Below are positions 6,561 to 14,259 of a DNA stretch of 16,725 nt, one piece after another (within the stretch, counting starts at the first letter, position 1; each line of letters starts with the position of its first letter). Source of the stretch: Planctomycetota bacterium (GTDB lineage: Bacteria; Planctomycetota; SZUA-567; H5-PLA8). The stretch spans positions 1 to 16,725 of the forward strand of contig BTVV01000134.1 in NCBI GenBank assembly GCA_045863855.1. The letters run 5' to 3'. The translations under genes were made by a program, and so were the position numbers. Under the pieces are notes generated by a model. The model did not search any database, was not told the DNA's origin, and saw only the letters and a list, made by a program, of their open reading frames with translations.

Positions 6561-8750
6561 TCAACGGGACGGCGGAGGCTCTTGTTGCAGCGGTTCCGAC
6601 TCGAATGCAAACGTATTGCGGCGCGGCTTAGGCGGTACGGAGGGCGGCGGAGGCGCTTGAGTCGCGCGTTCGCATGCGTCGGCACGGCGCATCGCCGCTT
6701 GGCCTTCGTCGACCAGATTGAGATCGCTGCAGAGCAACGTCAGCACGCTCCAGGTGTACGCGTCGTCCGGCTGGATCTGCGTCGCGCGGCGGGCGCGCTC
6801 CAGTCCTTCCTCGGCGCGGCCGAGTTTTCGGAGCGCCGCCGCCGAGGAGGCCAGCAGCCGCGCGTGTTGCGGATGGGTCCGCAACGCCGCTTCGCACAAT
6901 GCCAAGGCTTCTTCGAAACGCTTGAGCCGTTCGAGCACGAAGACTTTGCGCTCCAGCGCATCCGCATCGTTCGGAGCCCGCTGCAGCACTGCGTCCCAAG
7001 CCGCCAGCGAAGGCTCGTAGCGCCCCAGTTCGCAGAGCGCCAGCGCGAGGTTGCGTTGCGCGCCTGGGTGCCCGTCGATCGCGGCGCTGCGTTCGTAACA
7101 GCCCAGTGCGTCGGGCAACCGTCCGGCCATTCGCCACGTGTTGCCTTTGTTGTACCAAAGCGCGCTGCTTTGCGGATTGAGCTGCAAGCCCCGGTCGAAG
7201 GCCGCATGCGCGTCCTCGAAGCGGCCGAGATCCTTAAGCATGCAGCCTTTCGCGTTCCATGTTTCGGCGTCGTTCGGATTCAAACTCACCGCACGCTCGG
7301 CCGACGCCAGTGCTTCTTCGAAGCGGTGCAGTTCGCCCAGCGCGAGGCTCCGGTACGACCATGCCAAGGCAAAGGCGGGCGCGAGCTGCGTCGAACGATC
7401 CAGCGCACGCAGCGCCTCCTGCGGCCTGCGCAATCGAAAGAGGCAGATCCCGTATTGGCCCCAGGCGTTCCCGTCGTCGTCTTTGATCTTGAGGCCGCGC
7501 TCGTAGAGGGGCAGCGCTTCGGCGCTGCGGCCCAGCGTTTCCAAACCGATACCCAGATTGAAGAGCGCGGGGAAGCACTGCGGATCGAGCGCCAATACGT
7601 TCCGGTAACCCGCGACGGCTTCGGCGGTCCGTCCGGCCTTGTCCAGCGCCCGCGCGTCCAGAAACATGCGCTCGAGTTCCGGCGACGGCGCGGCGGCAGG
7701 CGACGGCTGCCCTTGGCCCGGCAGCGCGATCTTCCGGCCTTCCTTGAGCGACTGAAGCAATCCCAGCGCCTGCTGCACCTGGCCGGGCGGGCTGCCCGGC
7801 TGCAACTTAAGGTAGCACTGCAGACTGGCGATGGCATCCTGCGGCGGACGGAGAGCGGCCTCCAGATTGCCCCGGTTGAACCACGCACTCTTGTTCTGCG
7901 GGTCGGCTTCCGTCGCGCGGACATGATGCGCCAGCGCCTCGTCGTAACGCCGCAGCTTGACCAGCACATGCCCCTTGTCGGTCAATGCCGAAGCATGCCG
8001 CGGGTCCAGCGCGATCGCCTTGTCGTAACTGGCCAGCGCTTCCGGAAGCTTGCCGAGGTTATCCAACGAGTCGGCGCGCTGAAACCATAGCTCCGCAAAT
8101 TGCGGGCAATGCCTGACGCCGCGATCCAGCGCATCGAACCGCCGCGCTTCGTCATGCAGTTCGCGGTAGCAGTCCCCGATGGCCAGCCAGATGGTCTCCA
8201 TGTGCGGGGCGGCGGAGGTAATCTGTTCCAAGAGCTGCGCCGCTCCCGCAAAGTTCTGGGCGTCCACGGCACGCATCGCCGCCTGCTGCAGCACGGGGAT
8301 ATCGGCCGGTCGCGCCGCTGGCCGTGGCGCTTCGGTGCGAAGCGCCACCGCTCCCGAGGAGACCGCGGGCAACCCGGCGGCCGCGCGCGCCTGCTTCGCC
8401 AAGGCTTGCACCACCGCCTGCCCCGGCGCGGCGCGCGCCGCCGCGTCGAACTGCTTCACCGCTTCCTGCAGGTCTTGCCGGCCGAAGGCACTCAGGCCAG
8501 CCGCCACCGCCGGACCGGGATCGCCGCCACCGGCGCCCGCTGGTCCGCGCGCGGCGGGCGCCGGTGGAGCGGCGGGCGCAGCCGCCGCAGGCATCCGTTC
8601 GCCGCAATACTGGCACTTGGCCGCACCGGGCAAGTTCTTCTGCTTGCAGGCCGGGCAGAGCACGGGCTCGTACAGCCGAGCGCCGCAATACAAGCAGATC
8701 GGTTTCGTCTCGGGGACCGAACGGTGGCACTTAGGACAAGGAACGGGCAT
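6561..8750 (-). CDS. Double zinc-ribbon + multi-TPR protein
   Basis: N-terminal CPKC/CLYCG/CPAC/CQYCG, Pro/Ala linkers, about 16 TPR-like 34-aa units counted by eye (e.g. 'AETWNAKGCMLKDLGRFEDAHAAFDRGLQLNPQS'), and a Pro-rich tail. GAGGG RBS upstream. Confidence 0.9.
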   Translation of the reverse strand: MPVPCPKCHRSVPETKPICLYCGARLYEPVLCPACKQKNLPGAAKCQYCGERMPAAAAPAAPPAPAARGPAGAGGGDPGPAVAAGLSAFGRQDLQEAVKQFDAAARAAPGQAVVQALAKQARAAAGLPAVSSGAVALRTEAPRPAARPADIPVLQQAAMRAVDAQNFAGAAQLLEQITSAAPHMETIWLAIGDCYRELHDEARRFDALDRGVRHCPQFAELWFQRADSLDNLGKLPEALASYDKAIALDPRHASALTDKGHVLVKLRRYDEALAHHVRATEADPQNKSAWFNRGNLEAALRPPQDAIASLQCYLKLQPGSPPGQVQQALGLLQSLKEGRKIALPGQGQPSPAAAPSPELERMFLDARALDKAGRTAEAVAGYRNVLALDPQCFPALFNLGIGLETLGRSAEALPLYERGLKIKDDDGNAWGQYGICLFRLRRPQEALRALDRSTQLAPAFALAWSYRSLALGELHRFEEALASAERAVSLNPNDAETWNAKGCMLKDLGRFEDAHAAFDRGLQLNPQSSALWYNKGNTWRMAGRLPDALGCYERSAAIDGHPGAQRNLALALCELGRYEPSLAAWDAVLQRAPNDADALERKVFVLERLKRFEEALALCEAALRTHPQHARLLASSAAALRKLGRAEEGLERARRATQIQPDDAYTWSVLTLLCSDLNLVDEGQAAMRRADACERATQAPPPPSVPPKPRRNTFAFESEPLQQEPPPSR

Positions 8751-8886
8751 GTGCAGCCCTCATGCCGGGAACCTGATTGGAATATTGTGTACGGTTTTGA
8801 CGCCGAGTCTTTCGGATTGCAAGCGCGCTCAGGCCACTTGCACGGTGCGCTTGCTGCACGTGCATCGAATGGACGGCAAACCGAAG

Positions 8887-10749
8887 CTACTTGAATTTGA
8901 ATACGGTCTGCTGCGATCCGTCGGGAATCCGCTTCGCGCTGACGCCCTTGACCGAGGCCAGCCGCCAGCCGCTCGATCGGCGCTCGAAGACGATGCGATC
9001 CGTTTTTCCGCGTGCAGGCGTCACGGTCAAAATCCCGCGCTTGGCTTCCATCTCGAAATGAACCTTCGGCGGCCGTTCGCGCCCCTGAGCCGGCCAGAGT
9101 ACATGAACCAAGGTCTCTACATGGCGGCGCACATCTCCCCGCGCGCGCAGATAGGCGAAAGTGCGTTTCTTAAACTCGTACGTATCCGTCTCCAGCACCG
9201 CATCGGCCGGAGCGGCATTGAGAATATGCAGACGCTTGCCCGAACGCACGATGGTGGCCTCGCGCGCGCCGGGCTTGAGGCGCAGTTCGCCGGAAGCCTG
9301 AAAGCGCGTCTCGAGTTCGCAGCGCCCGGGCCCCTGGATGGCCACATCGTCCAGCAGGACCGCGTACCGGCCGCCCACGGTTACCAAGTGCCGCACCACG
9401 CGCCGGCCCACGCCGGCGTACGCGGCGCTCAGGTCGCAAGCGAGGTAGTGAAACCCGCGCGCCGAACCGAAACGCAGATACTTCGCGCGTCGTCCGCGGA
9501 TCTGGTCGCTCTTCATGAGGAGCACCGTCGAATGCATGCCCGTCTCGCCCGCGCCGTAGCCGGGATCGTGCAGGTAACGCACGCCGTCGGCGACGAAGAC
9601 GAAATGCCCGAGATCGCGGTTGTTATGCGAGCTGTTGCTGATCCAGCCGCCGTTAAAGGCCAGCCACAGGCGCGGCGACTGGAGCACCGCATGCCCGCAA
9701 CCTCTAAAGAGGACCGCTTCCGGAAGCTTGGGCTTGCGTTTGACGACCGGACGTTCCGACCGCCACAGGAACCAAAACGGATCGGCGCCGCGGTAGTAGA
9801 ACGGCGCGCCGCCGTGATCGGCGCCCCAGCGTAACAGCGTATCGCCACCGGCCGCATGGCGTTCGTAGAGCGCGCAAAGCATGGCCATCGGCCCGCGCTC
9901 GAAGGTTTGCAAGCCCGAGCCGGAAAAGGTATCCTCGCCCATGTTGTTGAAGTTCGCGTAGTGGTCGTCCGGTGCTTTCAACCACGTGATCCAGTAGCCG
10001 GCGCGCTTGCGGGCGGTCTCGGCGTAGAGTCCGCGGTCGCCGCCAAAGAAGCGGCTCGCCGCGGCGGCCAGGATGTGCGAAAAGCTCTCGCCGTAAAGCC
10101 GGTACATCACGCCTTCGTGTCCGCCTCCGTCTTGCAGAATCACGCGCTTAAGGAAACGCCGCACGCCTCGCCACGCCGCCCGCGCGGCTTCTTTCGCTTC
10201 CGGCGCTTCATCGTACAGCGCCAGCGCCGCCAGCCCGTTGCCGCCGTGGCAAACCCCGCTCCAATTTGAGACTGGATTGTCGATCCACCAGTCTTTGTAT
10301 TCGCGGAGCGAACGCAGATAGACGCGCGTACTCAGGTCCAGCAAGCGTTCGCGGTACCGCGCTCGGCCGTCCGGATCGAGCAGATCGTGGCACCAATCGT
10401 AGACCAGCGCGCACGCCTGAGCCGCTTCGCTGGTGCCCAGGTCCGCGCCGCGATTCCAGCCGCGGTCGCTGTGCCAGCTCGGAGCATCCAGGAGTGCCCA
10501 CGCTTCGCGCAACGCCCGCGCCCCGAAGCGCCGGTCGCCCTTGAGCACATAGGCGAACGCGCAGGTACCGCAGATACCCAGCGCTTGGCGCGGCTCGTCG
10601 AAGCCCACGGGTTTGCGCTTGAGGTCGGCCTGAGCGTTGCGCAGCAGGCGCGACCGGCGTTCGGCAAACGGCGCAGTGGACCACCGGCGGTGCAGCGCGG
10701 GCAGGTCGTCGCGGCTGAAGTATAAGTAGGGATGCTCGCGGGTGGTCAT
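8887..10749 (-). CDS. Heparinase II/III-like polysaccharide/oligosaccharide lyase (620 aa, no signal peptide)
   Basis: 'HPYLYFSRDDLPAL' N-terminus, toroid motifs 'SNWSGVC' and 'DGGGHEGVMYRLYG', beta-domain motifs 'SHNNRDLGHF', 'HDPGY', 'HSTVL' and 'DLSAAY'. Start ATG 10749 overlaps the LacI stop (ATGA). Confidence 0.8.
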   Translation of the reverse strand: MTTREHPYLYFSRDDLPALHRRWSTAPFAERRSRLLRNAQADLKRKPVGFDEPRQALGICGTCAFAYVLKGDRRFGARALREAWALLDAPSWHSDRGWNRGADLGTSEAAQACALVYDWCHDLLDPDGRARYRERLLDLSTRVYLRSLREYKDWWIDNPVSNWSGVCHGGNGLAALALYDEAPEAKEAARAAWRGVRRFLKRVILQDGGGHEGVMYRLYGESFSHILAAAASRFFGGDRGLYAETARKRAGYWITWLKAPDDHYANFNNMGEDTFSGSGLQTFERGPMAMLCALYERHAAGGDTLLRWGADHGGAPFYYRGADPFWFLWRSERPVVKRKPKLPEAVLFRGCGHAVLQSPRLWLAFNGGWISNSSHNNRDLGHFVFVADGVRYLHDPGYGAGETGMHSTVLLMKSDQIRGRRAKYLRFGSARGFHYLACDLSAAYAGVGRRVVRHLVTVGGRYAVLLDDVAIQGPGRCELETRFQASGELRLKPGAREATIVRSGKRLHILNAAPADAVLETDTYEFKKRTFAYLRARGDVRRHVETLVHVLWPAQGRERPPKVHFEMEAKRGILTVTPARGKTDRIVFERRSSGWRLASVKGVSAKRIPDGSQQTVFKFK

Positions 10750-11867
10750 CGGTCGAGCGTGGGCACTTGCTGCATCAACTCCTCGGCGGAGAGAAAGCGC
10801 GGAGCGATCTTGACCACGTGATCGGGCGGGTAAACGACGCCATGCGTCTGCGCGAGCAGCATCTCGGCGCCTTGCTCGCCCATGCGGTCCATCGGGAGCG
10901 CCACGCAGGTCAAACCGAGCCGAGAAGGCTCCACGCCGGTATCGATGAAGTGAACGACCTCGAACTCGCGGTGCCAACCGGCCGGCAGTGTGTCTTCCTC
11001 CTTCACCGGATAATTCATCGCACGCGCAGTGGTCCAGTCGTTGTCGATGAAGAGCGCGGTTGGGGCGGGGCGCACGGAAAGCAGACGCCGCGCCAAGGGC
11101 TGGACCTGGCGCCAATCGAAATTCATGCGCACTTCCAGTTCGGGGCGGTACTCGATACCGGCTTCGTGCAGCGCCAGTCGATACGCGGCGTACTTTTCGC
11201 GTTCGTTCATCGGCAGCGGGACCGAACCGTCGAACGGCGTCACGTGCGTACGCCAGACCGCGATCCGCTTGTGGCCCTTCTTGATCAGATAATCCATCAG
11301 CTTTAGAGAGCCGGTGAAACTGTCGCCCACCACCTGCGGCACCGCGGCCACGGTGGGATAGTAGCCCAACCGCACCGCCGGCCGGCCCAGCCGCCGCGCT
11401 TCCTTGAGCCAAGCGAAGAATCCCTGATGCGCCGACATCACGCCTTGGCAATCTTCCAAAAGCGCCCGCTCGTTCGCCTTCAGACGCTGCATGTCCGCGT
11501 CGACGGGATCCTTCACGAACTGCAAATGGAGCGTATGCCCGAGCGTCTGCAGCCGGCCGGAGGCGGCAAGAAACGCGGGGCTCCAGGCCATTTCCGCACG
11601 GACCGCCGGTTCGGAAAGAAACGTGAACTGAAAATGCGTATCCGGCTTGCCGCCGCTGGCGACGTGCTTGCGCGAACGGCGCAGCGGCCGGTAGCCCAAG
11701 CGTTCGGCGGCGCGCAAGACGCGCAAACGCAGGTCTTCGCGCACCCCGGCTTTACCGTTGAGCACGCGCGAAACCGTCGCGACACTCACATCCGAAGCAG
11801 TCGCCACTTCGGCGAGACTCGGCCCCATCGCCACCCCGTTTGCTTCAGCGACCTCTTGTTCCGCCAT
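10746..11867 (-). CDS. LacI-family transcriptional regulator
   Basis: HTH 'SLAEVATASDVSVATVSRVLNG...RVLRAAERLGYRP' and sugar-binding-fold motifs 'YLIKKGHKRIA', 'PTALFIDND' and 'LTCVALPMDRMGEQGAEML'. GGAGGT RBS 9 nt before ATG 11867. Confidence 0.92.
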   Translation of the reverse strand: MAEQEVAEANGVAMGPSLAEVATASDVSVATVSRVLNGKAGVREDLRLRVLRAAERLGYRPLRRSRKHVASGGKPDTHFQFTFLSEPAVRAEMAWSPAFLAASGRLQTLGHTLHLQFVKDPVDADMQRLKANERALLEDCQGVMSAHQGFFAWLKEARRLGRPAVRLGYYPTVAAVPQVVGDSFTGSLKLMDYLIKKGHKRIAVWRTHVTPFDGSVPLPMNEREKYAAYRLALHEAGIEYRPELEVRMNFDWRQVQPLARRLLSVRPAPTALFIDNDWTTARAMNYPVKEEDTLPAGWHREFEVVHFIDTGVEPSRLGLTCVALPMDRMGEQGAEMLLAQTHGVVYPPDHVVKIAPRFLSAEELMQQVPTLDR

Positions 11868-11962
11868 CCGCGCCTGACCTCCGAATCCCGCAATGCCGCC
11901 CGCGCTTCCCATTCAACTGCATGAGACTTACACGTCAGATAATTACGGTACACCGACCTATT

Positions 11963-11976
11963 CTCGTAATTACGAG
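11963..11976. promoter_or_regulatory. Perfect 14-bp palindrome CTCGTAATTACGAG, candidate operator
   Basis: Lies about 95 nt upstream of the LacI start in an AT-rich intergenic region. A second partial copy, TAATTACG, is at 11940-11947. Confidence 0.55.
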
Positions 11977-12091
11977 TAATTTTCAAGAAACCACATACTC
12001 ATGTAAACTTTATTATAATATATATTTATACCATAACAGCACATCGATTGGCGCGATTTTATGAGGACATTCCGCACGGTCTTTCTAGAAA

Positions 12092-13219
12092 TTAAAGATC
12101 CTTTTCAGCCTCCTGAGGCGCATCCAACTCCTTTAGGTAGTCCAATACGGCCTCCAACTCGTCCACAGGCATTCCCGGTTTGCGGCCGGCTTGATCCAAT
12201 TCCTGAAGCAGGAGCAGGTCCTCGAAATCTTCCGCCTCGCGCAAGCGGAGTTTGGCGCGATGCCCCAGCGTGCCGTCCGCAAAAGCGTGCGCTTCCATAT
12301 GGTGTTCGATCAGGAAAGCCGTCCGGTCGGTAATCGAATCGTCCAGCGCTTCCAGCCCGGCCGCGACGTGATCGTGCGGATCGATCGCTTTGCCGATGTC
12401 GTGCAACAAAGCCGCCAGTAGAAACTCTTCGTCGTACGGCCGCTCCCGCCGCGCCAGTTCGAAGACCTGCAAACTGTGGTACAGCGCGTCGCCTTCGGGA
12501 TGCCATTTCGGGCTCTGCTTGACGTTTTCGAGGGGCCGCAACAACAACCGGTATAACTCGAAGCGGTCCCATCCCGTACCAGGCTCCTCCTCATCCTCCG
12601 GCTCATCGAGTTCCGCGCCGGGGTACTCGCTCGCCAGAAACGTTTCCAGTTCGTTGAGCGAAAACCGCTCCATCGCTTTGCCGGTAATAGAACTCTTGAA
12701 GGCGTATCCGATCTTGGATTTCGGATAGACCGTCAGCTCGACGGGGAAGCGTTCGTGCACATGGATGTGATGAAAGACCCGCTCTTCGTGGTGCTTAAGG
12801 ATGCGCTTATGCTCGACTTCGTACGCCCAACCAAGCTCGTCCAAGGCCATGGATACTTCGGCGACTGCGTCGCAGAAGACATGAATATCGATATCGCTGT
12901 CTTTACGAATGTGGCCGGTGCAAACGCTCCCGATCAGTCCCGGGCGGAACCGGCTCAGACGCCGCATCACCTGCAGCGCGAACAGGCGCATCGCTTTGAG
13001 TTGCTCGAACCGCGCATCACCTTCGTAAAGGTCGGCGAGCAAGTGGATCTGCTCGCGAATTTCGGCGTTGCTGGGCAAATCTTTTGGACGGTAGCGGTGA
13101 TCGATGCCCAACTGCTTGGCGGCCTTGCGCTTGGCCGTGAAGTATTCGGTTTCCTGGCGTGCGTACATCAACTGAGCGGCGATACGGGCGATATGTTGGC
13201 GAAGACGCGGGTCGGCCAT
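12092..13219 (-). CDS. Pol-beta-superfamily nucleotidyltransferase domain fused to an HD phosphohydrolase domain
   Basis: NTase motif 'LIGSVCTGHIRKDSDIDIHV' (GS-x10-DxD, 12887-12931) plus 'VELTVY'; acidic linker 'DEPEDEEE'; HD motifs 'WHPEGDALYHS', 'AALLHDIGK' (HD at 12398-12403), 'DHV', 'EHHM' and 'ELDQAGR'. Start could alternatively be 13249. Confidence 0.85.
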   Translation of the reverse strand: MADPRLRQHIARIAAQLMYARQETEYFTAKRKAAKQLGIDHRYRPKDLPSNAEIREQIHLLADLYEGDARFEQLKAMRLFALQVMRRLSRFRPGLIGSVCTGHIRKDSDIDIHVFCDAVAEVSMALDELGWAYEVEHKRILKHHEERVFHHIHVHERFPVELTVYPKSKIGYAFKSSITGKAMERFSLNELETFLASEYPGAELDEPEDEEEPGTGWDRFELYRLLLRPLENVKQSPKWHPEGDALYHSLQVFELARRERPYDEEFLLAALLHDIGKAIDPHDHVAAGLEALDDSITDRTAFLIEHHMEAHAFADGTLGHRAKLRLREAEDFEDLLLLQELDQAGRKPGMPVDELEAVLDYLKELDAPQEAEKDL

Positions 13220-13361
13220 GTCCAATCGTGCGCCGTTACGAAGCCCCATGATCGGCGCGTGGGCGTTTGCCGCGGCCGCGGCACGCCGAACTATACCTCA
13301 TTCCAATCCGATCGCCAATTTCCCCGGCAAGTTCGTGCGGCTCGGCTCATAATGCGTACCT

Positions 13362-13370
13362 TGCTACTAT
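13362..13370 (+). promoter_or_regulatory. Candidate extended -10 promoter (TGcTACTAT) for the YesU-like gene
   Basis: TGn-TACTAT ends 16 nt upstream of ATG 13387, just before a GGAGA RBS. Confidence 0.3.
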
Positions 13371-13386
13371 GCCGCGGAGACCGGTC

Positions 13387-14091
13387 ATGCCCTTCGAATA
13401 CCCCGACCTCGAAACGCTGCATTCCGACGCCTTCACCTCCCTTGAGAACTGGCACCACGAAGGCATCGGCGAACTGGTCAAGCTGCCCCAAGGCGGGATG
13501 CAACTGCATTGCCATGGCAGCCGCCAAGGGGCCGAAGGCTGCATGGCATTCTTCCGCCCTACTTTGCCCGACCATATCGCCGTCGAGTACGAGATGGTCG
13601 TACATAGCCACGGCGGCCTGGTCATTAACTACCTCGCCATCCGCGGGCTGCGCGGCGAAGATCTGATCACTGACGCCTCCAAGCTTCCTCCGCGCAAGGG
13701 CACCATGCCCAATTACTACGCCTTGAAGGACGGCCTGCAGAGCTACCACGTCTCGATCAGCCGTTTCGGCGACAAGGGCCAGCATACCGAAACGAGCAAT
13801 TGGCGGCGCAATCCCGGGGGACATCTGGTCGGGCACGGCATCGATCCCTGCCAGGAGATCGGACGGCGCTACCGCATCCGCTTAGTCAAAGATCGCGGCC
13901 ACTTGCAGATGTTCGTCGACGGTAAGTTCGCCCATGGGTTCGTCGACTGGAACGATGCGCCGATCACCCGGCCCGACTACGGCAAATTCGGCTTCCGCAC
14001 CATCGGCAGCGACGTCAAGATCGATGTATTCGACTTCAAAGTTCATCGTATCGCGGCGAACGACAAGCAGTGGGAGAGCTGGACGGGTTAG
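13387..14091 (+). CDS. YesU / DUF1961 family protein (concanavalin-like beta-sandwich)
   Basis: Resembles B. subtilis YesU as I recall it: 'GLRGEDL...LPPRKG', 'SYHVSISR', 'NWRRNPGGHLVGHGIDP', 'YRIRLVKDRGHLQMFVDG' and 'GKFGFR'. ATG 13387 has a GGAGA RBS. Confidence 0.75.
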   Translation: MPFEYPDLETLHSDAFTSLENWHHEGIGELVKLPQGGMQLHCHGSRQGAEGCMAFFRPTLPDHIAVEYEMVVHSHGGLVINYLAIRGLRGEDLITDASKLPPRKGTMPNYYALKDGLQSYHVSISRFGDKGQHTETSNWRRNPGGHLVGHGIDPCQEIGRRYRIRLVKDRGHLQMFVDGKFAHGFVDWNDAPITRPDYGKFGFRTIGSDVKIDVFDFKVHRIAANDKQWESWTG

Positions 14092-14259
14092 CCGACGACG
14101 GCTTAGTGCACATCGCGCAGCCATGGGTTATGCAAAGTCCACCCTTTTTATTACGCATTATTTTTCGCCAACGCCTTCGCTGGGCCACTCGTTCGATCAA
14201 GTAGCCGCAACTTGCCGTTTGGGAATTCGTGATCGCTATCCCGTTAGGAGGACTCCGCC

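Noticed and set aside
4189..9834. Long plus-strand ORFs 4189..5844, 6504..8090 and 8179..9834 (528-551 aa)
   Set aside because: They are antisense shadows of well-supported genes. Stop codons are scarce in GC-rich DNA, and no motifs were recognised.
10750..11451. 233-aa N-terminal extension of the 854-aa ORF 8887..11451
   Set aside because: It lies out of frame inside the LacI gene and is low-complexity Arg/Ala/Gly sequence. The real protein plausibly starts at ATG 10749, overlapping the LacI stop.
13267..13386. 40-aa upstream extension of the YesU-like ORF
   Set aside because: It starts at TTG with no RBS and spans the divergent promoter region. ATG 13387 has an RBS and matches the family length.
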